64,000 nucleotides of DNA. It comes from Felis catus. Lineage: Eukaryota. The notes beneath the pieces were generated by a model. That model was not told where the DNA came from and did not search any database. It saw only the letters and a program-made list of their open reading frames with translations. A program made the translations under genes and the position numbers. The stretch covers positions 13,826,001 through 13,890,000 of the forward strand of contig NC_058369.1 of the NCBI RefSeq assembly GCF_018350175.1. Direction: 5' to 3'. Shown here in pieces: positions 1 to 19,519 of the stretch. Numbering within the stretch: position 1 is the stretch's first letter; every line of letters begins with the position of its first letter.

Positions 1-199
1 TGTCAAAGCCGGCCCTCCCAATGAAAACACAGCTTCCCCACACAAACGGAACAGGATCTCCACAGGTGCCCCGACAGCGGTGCCCCACTGATCCACCCTG
101 CCTGGCACCCAGACGGAGAAGCCCCAAGCTTCCCCTCCACCCTGTCCTCCGGCCAGGTGAACAGCTCAGTTCCTGCCCAGGTGCTGGGTGAGCCGGGAA

Positions 200-1230
200 A
201 GGCTCTGGAGCCTCCGGGTGCCGACTTAGTCGCCCACCCCCACCCCCGGACCAGACGCGCGAGCTCCGGGTCCCTCGGCCGCCTCGGGCCGCCCGCCAGT
301 GTCACCTCCCAGCGCCGTAAAGGAACGCAGTTCCCCGCGCTCCAAGCTGGACAGGTGCCCACCCCGCGACCTGTCGGCCCAGGGACCCGAGAACAGCACC
401 CGGGACGCCGGACCCCGCGCCCCCAGGCCAGGACGCCTCCGCGAGGGGCGCGTGAGGCCGGCCTGCGCTTCGACTTCTCCGACGGCCGCGCCGGGCTCCA
501 CGCCGCTCACCTGGCTGGAGCGGTAGCTCTCGAAGGCCCTCAGGGCACTGTCGGTAAGCTTCACGTGGAACACAGACACCTTGCTGCCGTCGCTCACCCG
601 CCCGCAGGACAGCCCGTAGCTCCGATCCTCCTTCAGCGCCGCCATCTTGCGACCATCGCTCCCCCGCCCCCCCTTCCCGGTTCCAGCGCCGGAGCGCCGG
701 CCACGCCCCGCCCCGCCGCCCGCTGACGCGCTGCATTATTCATGAGACGCGGCTGGCCACACCCCCTCTGGATCTAGCGAGGCCCACAGTAGCCTCTGCA
801 CGGCCGGCCGACTGCTGCATTATTCATGAACGCAGCTGGTCGCGCCCCCTGTGGGCCTGGCGAAGCTCACAGTCACCGCCCCAGGTGCTGTATATTCATG
901 AAGTGTGGATGGCCCCACCTCTCAAGGCCCCGGAGAGGGTCACTTCCGTGCCCGGACTCCGCCCCGACACGCGCACCCCTCCAGGCCCCGCCTCAATATA
1001 CATTATTCATGACCCTGACTCAGCCAGGCCGGCCGAAGCCACGCCTCACTGGCCGCTGACGTGATGCATTATTTATGAAGTCGCGCCAACCCTACCGCCT
1101 TTGGTTTCTGTTGAGAGCGGTAGCCTGTGCGTGAAGGGGGCGGGGCCGGTGCAAAACACGTGGGGGGCGGGGCTGGCTATTGGCCCGGTGAATGGGCGTG
1201 ACTATGCAAACCGAGCGCGCGTTGGACGCT
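200..1230. promoter_or_regulatory. CpG-island promoter of ELL
   Basis: CpG-dense, with GC boxes, a YY1-like CAAGATGGCGGC over the ATG, E-box CACGTG 1157-1162, CCAAT (ATTGG 1179-1183), octamer-like ATGCAAAC 1204-1211 and five TGCATTATTCATGA-type motifs at 732-1078. Confidence 0.85.
511..645 (-). CDS. ELL: RNA polymerase II elongation factor ELL, coding exon 1 (rest of gene lies left of the window)
   Basis: Translates MAALKEDRSYGLSCGRVSDGSKVSVFHVKLTDSALRAFESYRSSQ, the recognisable ELL N-terminus. ATG in AAGATGG context at 645; 135 nt ending at a CAG|GTGAG donor (510). Neighbour order matches the ELL-FKBP8-KXD1-UBA52 block. Confidence 0.96.
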
Positions 1231-1429
1231 GGGTTGGGCTAGTGGGGTTTCCCTTAAGGTAAGTAGATGGGATTCCCTGGCCCGGGCTGTTAGGGAATTG
1301 GGGGTGATGGGGAAGCAGGAAATTTCGCTCATGATAAAAGTAGACTTTTATTAGAATAAAATTCTACATCCCCAAGGTTCCTGAAATATGGTGGTTGTGC
1401 AGCTTTCCCATTTTAAGAAAACACTTTAT

Positions 1430-1640
1430 GGGGCACCTGGATGGCTCAGTAGGTTAAGCCTTGGACTTTGGCTCACGTCATGATCTCAAGGTTCGTAAGT
1501 TCCAGCTCCGCACCGGTCTCTGTGCTGACAGCTCAGAGCCTGGAGTCTGCTTCTCTCTCTGCCCCTCTCCTGCTCACACTGTCTCTCTCTCTCTCTCTCT
1601 CTCTCAAAAATAAACATTAAAAAAGGTTAACATAAAAAAA
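1430..1640 (+). mobile_element. Can-SINE (SINEC)
   Basis: GGGGCACCTGG-TGGCTCAG tRNA-like head, (CT)n tract, AATAAA and A-rich tail. Confidence 0.9.
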
Positions 1641-3010
1641 CATTTTATATATCATAAGATTAACCCATTTAAAGTGTGCTATTCAGTGGCGTTTAATACA
1701 TTCACAATGCTGTGCAGCCACAATTATCTCATCTGGGGAAATTTTCATCATCTCTAAAGAAAACCCGTACACCAGGCACCTGGCTGGCTCAGCCCATGAA
1801 GTGTGCGGTTCATCACGGAAACTGCTTCCAGTCCTCTGTTCCCCTCTCTCTCTGGACCTTCCCCGCTCGTGATCTCTCTCTCAAAAATTAAAAAAAAAAA
1901 AAACATTTAAAAATAAATAAAATATTTCAATTAATTTTTTGAGGGGAGGAGGAGCAGAAAGAGGGGGAGAGAGGGAATCCTAAGCAGGTTCCACATCCAG
2001 CGCGAAGCAGGACACAGGGCTGGAACCCATGAACCATGAGATCATGACCTGAGCCAGAATTGAGTCAGATGCTTAACCAACTGAGCCACCCAGGTGCCCC
2101 CCAAATTAAAATCTTTGTAAAAGAAAACCCCTACCCACTAGTCACTCCCCATCCCCCCTCCCCAGCCCCTGCAACCAGTAACCTACTTTCTGTGTCTATG
2201 GTTTTACTTATTCTGAACATTTCATATCAATGGAATCATACCATATGTGACCTTCTGTGACTGGCACTCAGTGAAAGACTCAGCATGATGTTTTTTGTGA
2301 AAGTGAATGAAGGCAGCCTCATTTTCAATAGAGTCAGGAGGTCAGAAGAAGGAGCTCTGTGCCCTACTGACTCATTGTTAATTGCAGACCCCAACAGGAA
2401 GACGTCTACTTTACTATACCCCAGCAGGACAGAGGATGATTTTCTCCTCACCCAGCAATAGCCCAGCCAATAAGACACGGCCACAACTCACCCAATGAGA
2501 AACTCACTACCTTGACTTTCCTCCAATGGACTTTCCTTCAAGGCAGCCCCTCCCAACTTCCTCTCTTTTCTCTAGGAGGTAATGTTTCATCTCTTTTGTT
2601 TGGTTTTGCCGATACCCTAGCTTGCATGTCCTGAGTTGCAATTCCTCTGCTATTCCTGAATAAACCCATTTCATTGGTAAAATAACTGGCTGTTTCGTTT
2701 GCAAGGTTAATATATNNNNNNNNNNNNNNNNNNNNNNNNNNNNNNNNNNNNNNNNNNNNNNNNNNNNNNNNNNNNNNNNNNNNNNNNNNNNNNNNNNNNN
2801 NNNNNNNNNNNNNNNNNNNNNNNNNNNNNNNNNNNNNNNNNNNNNNNNNNNNNNNNNNNNNNNNNNNNNNNNNNNNNNNNNNNNNNNNNCTTTCGTGTGG
2901 ACAAATATTTCCCCCTCTCTTGGGTCTAAACCTAAGAGTGAAATTATTAGGTTCTATGGTAATTGTTTAACCTTTCAAGGACCTGCCAGACTTTTTTCAC
3001 AGGAACTGCC
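1640..3010 (-). mobile_element. Old L1 (L1M-type) 3' fragment interrupted by SINEs, an LTR-like element and an N-gap
   Basis: Antisense L1 3' UTR-like text (TTTAAAGTGTGCTATTCAGTGG..., CTACTTTCTGTGTCTATGG..., TATGGTAATTGTTTAACCTTT). SINEs inserted at ~1775-1920 (+) and ~1935-2100 (-). Family assigned by eye. Confidence 0.6.
2297..2712 (+). mobile_element. Probable solo ERV LTR
   Basis: Starts with TG, interrupts the L1 sequence, and contains CCAAT boxes and AATAAA (2659-2664) followed by a GT-rich end. Right boundary abuts the gap 2716-2889. Confidence 0.5.
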
Positions 3011-4378
3011 ATTTTATCAATCTCTCATTTTACAGGTGGGGAAACTGAGGCTGGAGACCAGGTCTGGCTTGTCCAGGCAAGCTTCTCCTGGGCTCCTGGG
3101 TATCCTAACCTATGGAAAGTTCTTGATTTGTTTTCTTTGTCCCTTCAATCTAATTACAGACAGTAGTCATAGGATGAAGATTTTAAGGTGAGAGAGGAAG
3201 GTGAAGTTCAGGGGCCTTCTGTCTATCTCTACTCAGGTGATCTCCTTAGATCTGCCCACCACTGCCAAGTTGGCACTATCATCTGATCATGAACTGCTGA
3301 CCCCAAGGCCATGCTAGACTCCTTGAAACCTTTTCCCGTAACTGCCATTAACATCTCCATTTACAAGTGGAGAAACTAAGGCTCAGAGGCATGAGGCAAG
3401 CACTCAAGGGTATTGGCCCTGCCAATGAGTGGGCTGGCTAGAACTTGAACTTAAGATCTTTCTGACCCAGAGCCCTCCTGATTACCCTTCACCCTGCCTC
3501 TAAAACCTGGGTCCCTTTCTCTATATTTCTTCATTGAACACCCTCAGCCCAGGGCCTAGCATGGAGTGGCTGCTCAGGAAATGAGTGTTGAATGAATAAA
3601 TGATCTCATTTAATCTTCACAACACAACTACCAGCCAGTTTTGTAGATGAGAATAAGGCTCAGAAAGTTTTCACATGCTGCCACAGGGATTCCAACTGCA
3701 GCCTGCCTAAGGCTTAAGGGTTAAAACTCTGGAATCCTCTACCCTTCACCTGGGGTCAGTCCATCCTACAGGGAAGATGCCAGCACTTGCTCACACACAC
3801 TGACCCCTCTGCCCACTGTCTGTGCCCAGCTGTTTATCCAGGAGCTGGGCCAGGTAAATATTGGAGTAGGCAGGGCTCACTGCCTAGAGGGATCACGGAA
3901 GGGCAGGAATAAGGCAGGTGAGGAGTGGTTAGTCAGAGTAGAGGATGGGGAGGGTAGAGACAGGTGGACTGCTGAATGGAGAACACAGGAGGAGCCAGCT
4001 TTGAAGGCTGACCAGCTCCCTGTGTGACAATGGGAAAGGCATGACCCCTTTCTGAGCCTCTGTGGATTTATCTGAGAAATAGACAACAGTAGGACTACTG
4101 AGTGCTTAAAATACACCAGGTTCTGTGCTTGGCATCCACGACTGCCTTTGGGAGTGAATACAGTGGTTTGGACTCATCTGCCAGATGAGGAAACCAAGAC
4201 TTGGAGAAGTCAAGAGAATTAAGAACACAGCAACCATGGGCTGTGCTGCTTAGCACCAAGCATTTCTCCACTTTACCCTTAATGCTCCAGTGGCTCCCAA
4301 TGGAACCCCAGGAACAATAATGGAGGAACCATCAGCCATTGGCATGCTCTCCAAAATCTCTAAGAACTACGTCACCCA

Positions 4379-4608
4379 GGGGTGCCTGGGAGGCTCAGTT
4401 GGTTAAGCGTCTGACTTTGGCTCGGGTCATGATCTCACAGTTCACGAGTTTGAGCCCAGCATCAGGCTCTGTGCTGACAGCTCAGAGCCTGGAGCCTGCT
4501 TCAGATTCCGTGTCTCCCTCTCTCTCTGCCCCTTCCCCACTCACACTCGATCTTTCTCTTTCAAAAACAAATAAACGTTAAAAATCTTTTATTAAAAAAA
4601 AAAAAAAA
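4379..4608 (+). mobile_element. Can-SINE (SINEC)
   Basis: Full head, CT tract and poly-A tail. Confidence 0.9.
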
Positions 4609-4865
4609 ACTACTTTACCCAAGGAATTTGAAGCTGGTTGGTCCAATGGGATGGCCCCTGGGTGTGCACTCCACCTGGCCAGCTCACTGCAGAAGGTCTA
4701 GCTCTATGATGGGAACAGTGACTCTAGTCTGCTCCTCATCCCCTATATGGCTTTGGACATGTCTTACCCTTCTCAGTGTGCTCACATCATAAAACAGGGA
4801 TAATAATGGCATTTACACAAAAGCCGGGCCCTGGACCAATGGCAAATAGCATCATCACGGAAGTA

Positions 4866-5077
4866 ATTATTATTATTATTTTTTTAATGTTTAGTTCTGA
4901 GAGAGAGAGAAAAAGGGAGGGAGGGGCAGAGAGAGAGGGAGACACAGAATCTGAAGCAGGCTCCAGGCTCTGAGCTGTCAGCCCAGAGCCCGACGCAGGT
5001 CTTGAACTCACGAACCGCGAGATTAAGACCTGAGCCAAAAGTCGTACGCTTAACCAACGGAGCCACCCAGGCACCCC
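4866..5077 (-). mobile_element. Can-SINE (SINEC)
   Basis: Reverse-complement SINE: T-rich tail, (GA)n, ends ...GAGCCACCCAGGCACCCC. Confidence 0.9.
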
Positions 5078-5173
5078 TGGAAATCATTATTAATGAGTTT
5101 ACAACAGTTTATCTATATAATCCCTTTCTGTCACATCTTTGTTTGCAGTTTATGTGTTTTTAAACCACACTGG

Positions 5174-5392
5174 GGGGCGCCTGGGTGGCTCAGTCGGTTA
5201 AGCGGCCGACTTCGGCTCAGGTCACGATCTCGCGGTCCGTGAGTTCAAGCCCTGCGTCGGACTCTGTGCTGACCACTCAGAGCCTAGAGCCTGTTTCAGA
5301 TTCTGTGTCTCCCTCTCTCTCTGACCCTCCCCCGTTCATGCTCTGTCTCTCTCTGTCTCAAAAATAAAATAAACGTTAAAAAAAATTTTTTT
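5174..5392 (+). mobile_element. Young felid-type Can-SINE with target-site duplication
   Basis: CpG-rich SINE flanked by AAACCACACTGG at 5162-5173 and 5393-5404. Confidence 0.92.
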
Positions 5393-5454
5393 AAACCACA
5401 CTGGGATGAACACCCACTATTAGTCAGCTATTGCTAATAGCTATTACTAATATA

Positions 5455-6050
5455 TGTATTAGTTATATACTGCTATATAACAAAATACTTCAAACTTAGT
5501 GGCTTAAAACAATAAACATTTATTATCTCACAGTGCCTGGGAGTCAGAAATTATCTCACAGTGCCTGGGAGTGATATGTTTTAACTGGTCCTCTGCTCAA
5601 GGTCTCATGAAGCTGCAATGGAGTTGTTGGCTGGACTGCATCCTCATCCGGAGGCTCAACTGGAGAAGGATCCATATCCAAGCTTCTTGAGCCTGTTGGC
5701 AGAACTCATTTCCTGGTGGTTGTAGGACTATAGTCCCCATTTCCTTTCTGTCAGCTGGGGGCCACTCTCAGGTGCTAGCCACATGGCCTCCTCCATCTCA
5801 GTAAGAGAAAGCCTCCCTCTATCGAGAGGGAGAATTCTGAGTGTTGAATGCTGAACCCCTCTCATGGTTCAAATCCCTCTGATTTCCTCGTCTGCAGCCA
5901 GTGAGTCAGGCCCACTCAAATTATCCCCATGTCTTAAAGTCAGTTGGCCCAATAACATAATCACAGGAATGAGATCTGTCCCACTTCTAGTCCCGGGATG
6001 ATATAGAATAAGAAATCTCGGGAACACCTTAAAATTTCTGCAGCCCATAG
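5455..6050. mobile_element. MLT1-type MaLR LTR
   Basis: Characteristic end TATTAGTTA...AAACTTAGTGGCTTAAAACAA...TTTATTATCTCACAGT. Contains a 23-bp tandem duplication (5522-5544 / 5550-5572). Confidence 0.7.
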
Positions 6051-6372
6051 CCCTAGGAGCCACATCTCTGCACACCTGTCCCACAGCCTCCTACAAACTC
6101 AGTTGTTCAGTCAGCAAATGAGCCTCAGGGATTCTGAAACATACTACTTTGCAGCAGACAGAATGCAAGGACTCATTAGGGCACTCACTTTGGAGAGAGA
6201 CCCTCTACGTGGTGGGGCAGCCAGCATGCAGCCTCAGGGTCCAATGCCTGCTTCCCTGTCCCCTCAGCTGGGCATCTCAGAACCAGCAAGTCTAGCTTGT
6301 AGGCCCTCAGGCCTCATCTGTGCATCGGGGAGGCTAACAGTCCTTCTTGGGACAGGGAGTAAAGACATCTGT

Positions 6373-6915
6373 TGTTGGGGATCCCCAAGACTATGCTCAG
6401 GTTTGATGATTGACTAGAAGGACCCACTGAACTCAGAAAAGCTGTTCTGTTCGTGGCTATGGTTGATCACAGCGAAAGGACAGTCTAAAGTCCTCAAAGG
6501 AGAAGAATGCGCGAGGCAGAGCCCTGGAGAAACCAGGCACAAGCGTCCAGGTGCAGACCTGTCACAACCTTTGCGACAACACACACACAGTACTGCCAAC
6601 CAGGGAAGCTCACCCAAGCCTCATTATCCAGAGTTTCTACTGGGGAGGAAGGCTGACCACCCATGTGCTTGACCTCAGTCTCCAGCCCCTCCATAGGTCA
6701 AGTTGATACCATTTGGCTAAAAGCCCCACCCTAAAGTATATTATTAGCAAAGACTCTCTGGTGTGGCTCAAGGTCTTAGGTAAACAGACACTTTTATTGG
6801 TCAGGACATCCCAAGAACTTAGACGTAGATGTGACCTGCCAGGAGCAGACCGAGGGCCAGTCCTTTCTTGGGAACGTGCAGGGTTTGGACAGCCTAGGTC
6901 TGCTGAGTTACTTCT
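6373..6915. mobile_element. MER21-like ERVL LTR
   Basis: Begins TGTTGGGGATCCCCAAGAC...CTAGAAGGAC..CAGAACTCAG, as remembered for the MER21 family. Assigned by eye. Confidence 0.55.
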
Positions 6916-7269
6916 TTACTGATCTGTATCAGGTGGGGCTCCAAGTGTCCCCAAACCACCATTTTGCTTCATGGATCAGCTGTATTATCCTCACCGTGAG
7001 CAATGAAGAAGGTACGGCCTAGCATTACCTGGAAAGCGTTTATAGTGATGACCATGCAGACTCTTCCTCAAAGGTGGCCTGTGTGCTGGCTATACCTTCT
7101 GGAAAATGTTCAAAGTCAGTTAAAACACTTTCATGCTTAGGTGACTCTGATGGCGCCACAGCCGATCCCCTCCATGGTAATTTTCTTCCTTTCACCCATC
7201 CATCTGTCCACAAGCATTTATGATTACTCCTTTCTGTCCTCTGCCCAGTCAGGGAGGCTCCCTGAGGAG

Positions 7270-7750
7270 GACACAACAGGCCACAGAACAAAACTGATAC
7301 AACCCAGCAGACTTCCCTCCTCTAAATGCCCACATGCAACAGAAAATCCAGGCTGACTCAGGCAAAAACAATTATTGGCTCAAAAGAGTGAAGAAATGAT
7401 AGACCTGGGGCGGGGCACAGCTAGCTCCAGGAGCTGAATAGGATCACCGTGACTCAGTCTCTCTCTCAGCTCTGCTCTCTGGATGGCCTTCACTCTCAGG
7501 ACCCTCTTCATAGAGACAAAGATAACCACAGCAGTACCAGGCCATCAGCCCCAACTCAGCATCCTCTAGAGTAGAAGAGTATCTACTTCCTCCGGGTCCA
7601 GAAGTTTCAGGGAAGGCTTTGATTGGCTCGTTGTGGGTCACAGTGTGGAGCCAATCACTGTGGCCAGGGTGCTAGAACGCTCTGATTGGTCAGGCCTGGG
7701 TTGTAGATCCATCCCTGAAGGCTGGTGGGGAACCAGCCCTATCTGCATGG
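7270..7750. mobile_element. Old MLT1 (J/K-like) LTR fragment
   Basis: Paired GATTGG / CCAATCACTGTGGCCAGGG / CTCTGATTGG motifs typical of old MLT1 LTRs. Confidence 0.5.
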
Positions 7751-7955
7751 AAAGGAGTGAAGGTGAGTTCCACCAGGAGGAAAAACAGAGGACAGGCATT
7801 CAGGGACCTAATGGTACCACGCTGGGTGACTCCAGCCAGCCCTCACCCACGCCCCAGGAGCTCGTCCTTTAAGGACGACATGAGATGGAGGCATGCAAAG
7901 GATGCTTCCTCAAAGTGCTCAGGAGATGTGAGTGCCTCCCTTTCCCCCCGCCCCC

Positions 7956-7957
<2 letters not shown>

Positions 7958-8007
<50 letters not shown>

Positions 8008-8011
8008 CACA
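7958..8011 (+). repeat. (CA)n microsatellite
   Basis: Directly visible run of more than 20 CA units. Confidence 0.97.
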
Positions 8012-8928
8012 GAGCTCGTTCTATCATGCTCACTTCCAATTCACAGCCCACTGTGAGCTGCACCCTTCAAGGGCAAGGCAAGGCTGAGTCATTGCCTAAG
8101 ACCAAGTACACAGGAGGCACTGATACCTGTTTTCATATGAAAGAATATCCATCCTCTGAACGTATCATGTACTGCCCAGCCGGCACACCTTTGCACATGC
8201 CATGCCAGTCCTGGGAGCACTCTTTATGCCTGCTAAAGGACTCCTGCGTCTTCAGGGACACTTCAATGCCCCTCGTCCTGGACACCCTACCCCGCCCACC
8301 CCATTCGCACAATTGAGGCTAAAATGACCAAAGGAATGAATATTCTAAACGTCACACTTCTGGCGATGGCATTCAAAGCCTCTCTCATTTCTGGCTATAA
8401 CTTGCAGAGAGGTGTAGAATTGGCTGGGGGTCAGAGCATGGGCTCTGGAGGCAGGCTGACCTGGGCCTAATCCTGCCTATTGTTTCTTGGTGATGGGCCA
8501 GCTCCTGGACAGGAGCTGACTCTTTTCTGAGCCTCAATCTGCTCAGCTAATAATGGGCACAACCAAAAAATCCTTGGAGCAAAGGGAGAAGACACACTCA
8601 GCCGGACTCCGCTGTTACTAAAAAACTAGTCTTCAAGACAGCATGGGACCCAGTGTGGGACCCACAAAGAGGACACAGAGACCCTCGGCATGGAGTAGGG
8701 GCCAGAAGACTCGTGTGTGTGGTCAACTGAGTTTTTACAAAGCTGCCGCAGTAACTCACTAGGGAAGAGAAAGTCTTCCCCACAGATGTTTCTGGAACAA
8801 CTGGATAGCTATAGGGGAAAAAATGAACCTTAACTCCAACCTTACACTATATACGAATGTTCACTGAAAATGAACTGTAGTCTCCATAGAAAAGTTGAAG
8901 CCATAAACCATTTAAAAGAAAGCCTAGA

Positions 8929-9358
8929 AGCGCCTGAGTGGCTCAGTGAGTTAAACATCCGACTCTTGGGGCGCCTGGGTGGCGCAGTCGGTTAAGCGTC
9001 CGACTTCAGCCAGGTCACGATCTCGCGGTCCGTGAGTTCGAGCCCCGCGTCAGGCTCTGGGCTGATGGCTCAGAGCCTGGAGCCTGTTTCCGATTCTGTG
9101 TCTCCCTCTCTCTCTGCCCCTCCCCCGTTCATGCCCTGTCTCTCTTTGTCCCAAAAATAAATAAACGTTGAAAAAAAAAATTAAAAAAAAAATTAAAAAA
9201 AAAAACCATCCGACTCTTAATTTCAGCTTGGGTCATGATCTCACAGTTTGTGAGATCAAGCCCCACGTTGGGCTCTGTGCTGACAGGACAGAGCCTGCTT
9301 GGGATTCTCTCTCTCTCAAAATAAATAAATAGACGTTAAACAGAAAAAAAAAAAAAAG
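8929..9358 (+). mobile_element. Nested Can-SINEs (young copy 8968-9203 inside an older copy), within an L1 fragment
   Basis: Inner element flanked by AAACATCCGACTCTT (8953-8967) and AACCATCCGACTCTT (9204-9218). The older SINE resumes after the second copy. The A-rich flanks (8700-8930, 9360-9550) resemble L1 ORF2. Confidence 0.88.
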
Positions 9359-10705
9359 CCTAAAAAAATCCCTACAAACTCGATTTAGCAAATATTGACA
9401 AAAAGCACACAGAAAGGTAGAAAAAGCTGATAAATTGGACTTCATTAAAAATATCTGCTCTAAGAAAATGAAAAGTGAGCCACAGAATGGGGAAAATATT
9501 CACAATATACTACCTGACAAAGAACCTGCCTCCAGAATGTGCGAAAAATGGACACAGCATGAGGCCGCCGTGGGTACCCGGTGGACGAGTGCCATGACAG
9601 ACGTGATCGCCACTTGGGAATGACGGCAGTGGTTACTCTCACAACCTCGGCCAGGAAGTCACCCTGGCCAGCTTCCCAGCCTGAGGTCAGCAAGTCTGAG
9701 GAAAGGGGGGGTGTCCTACCTGGGACTCCAGTCCCCCGAGCCTGGCCAACCCACAGCCCTTCCCCCAGCACCACTCACAGAGCCCCCCTCCTGTCTGAGT
9801 ACAAAGTAGAAGCCTAAGGGGGCTGAGTGGCGGAAAGGAGGGTTCAAGCCACCAACAGATCGGTGTCCACAGATCTGTGTCCACAGGCTTATAGAGCAAG
9901 GGCCTGGTGCAGGCAAGTTCAAGGCCTGATTGCTACCTTCTGCTGAGTGGCTGTGGCCAATGGCTTTCCCTCCTGGGCTGTAAGGGGACAGGTGAAGGAC
10001 AGATCCTTAACGGTGATCTATTCCCAGAGATCTCCTTTCCTGGAGGCAGGATGAAGCCTTGAGAAGGGTCTCAGGTGCTGCACTGACAGAGGCCTGAACA
10101 CTGGCTCTACCTGTTCTGGCTGTGATGGTACACAGCATTTAAAGGAGATGATCCTACAGCCTCAGATTGGGAGAAAAACTAAACAAAATCAAGAGGAGCT
10201 CCCGGAATCAACCCCAACCCCTCTCCATAGTCCCTGAGGCCCTGCAGGGTCCAGTTCTGCTGACCACACACTCTGCTCAACCTTGAACACATCAGGCTCA
10301 CCCCTGCTCCAGGGCCTCTGCACTGGCCACGCTGCTACCCAGACACGGGGCTGTCAGCGTGCAGCACAGCCAGACCCCTGTGGCCACTGAAGTCTCAGCC
10401 CAGCACCCAGTTAGATCCTGCCAGGATCCCCATCTTCAGATGGGGCAACAGAGAGGACAGCAGTGGGGTAACTAGCACAGCTGGGTGTGAACTCCTGCGG
10501 AGTCCAGCTGGGTACCCGGAACACATTGCCCCACTTCTCCAGGCCTCCATTTCCCCCTGTGTAAAGCAGGTCTGCTGTGGTCTGAGAGGAGACACCCCCC
10601 GCTCTAGTCCTGCATGACCCTGGATGTGACACAGGCTGTCTCTGGCCCCGCCCCAAGTGACAGCGGAAGAAGGTACTGGAGCCAGCAGAGTGCGGGGTAG
10701 GAGGC

Positions 10706-10711
10706 TTTATT
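10706..10711 (-). terminator. Polyadenylation signal of FKBP8
   Basis: TTTATT on + (AATAAA on -), ~425 nt after the stop codon. Confidence 0.8.
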
Positions 10712-11135
10712 TCACAGAAGGGGTAGGAGGGAGAACCTGGACAGAGGGCAGCAGGCGGGGTGGGTGGGTGGTGGTGCTTGGAGAGGGACTGGGTCAGGAA
10801 AGGGCTGCCCCCGGGCCTGTTGGGAAGGAGAAACTGAAGCCGGCCTCTGCTGAGACCAAACCCAAGGGGGTGGGGGTGGGAGTGGAAATTGGGTCTGGAG
10901 GAATGAGGGCCCCCTCCCCCCGGGCTGGATATGGAGCCCGGGCCCTGCCTCAATTTCCTCCTATAGGGCCATAGTCCCTCCTGGCTCACTAGGGCCACGT
11001 GGCCCCCAAACCTCACTGCTCCCGCCCCAGAGGAGGGGGCTAGATCAGACAGGGCAGTTGACAGGGAGCCTGGGGAAGTCAGGGAGCGCGGGGTGGGGTC
11101 CACGGTGTGCGAAGGGGTGGTGGCCACCTGGGTGG

Positions 11136-18759
<7,624 letters not shown>

Positions 18760-19519
18760 TCAGGGGCTCCAGGCCTCAATTTCCTCATCTATACTAGTGG
18801 GGAAAGAACCACCAAGCCGTGGACATCAATCAGTCCCAAACAATGTTAGCTATTATTACAGCTAATTATCTTTTAGTCTTTATAAATACCCAGAGAAGTA
18901 GGAAACATTCCCCTCCCCCATATTTTGCAGAAAAGGAAATTGAGGCCCAGAGGGGCAAAGTCATTTACCCAAGGTCACAGAGCAAGGCAACTGCAGGGGC
19001 AGAATTTGAACCTGGGGCTTATCTGATTAAATGCCCAAAGGGGGTGCTGGGATTTTTTTAGGGCGACTGAAGTCTCAGGAAGTCTATTTTTAGAGCCCAA
19101 AGGGAATTGAGTCTTCACCAGGGCTCCCTACCTTCAGCTGCCCCTTCTCCTATGAGGAGCCACCTAGAAATCCCAAGCCTTCTCTTTCCATAACCTGAAC
19201 CTAATACCACTCCCCCAACACCAAAGACCCTGGCCCAAACTCTTCCCTGGGAGCCCTTTCTCCTCTCCTCAAGCCTCCAGACCATTCTCAAAGTAGCCTC
19301 CTTTACAAGAGTGATCAAGACCCCCGTGGCATTCTACAGCCTCTTCCTTGGGCCATCAACTGTCCCCTTCCCCCAGGCCCCAAGCTCGGAGCTGGTAGAG
19401 CCTAGCCATCATTCTAACCCACAGCATCCTCTCCCTAACCCTCACCTGCCTGCTCCTTCCGGTCTTTGGCCCCATATTCTGAGACCCTCCCAGCCCCTAC
19501 CCCCACAATCCCCTGCGCC

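Noticed and set aside
4339-5367. Recurrent ORFs such as [17 protein letters not shown]...
   Set aside because: These are translations of Can-SINE sequence, not a gene family. The SINE heads are tRNA-derived but are not tRNA genes.
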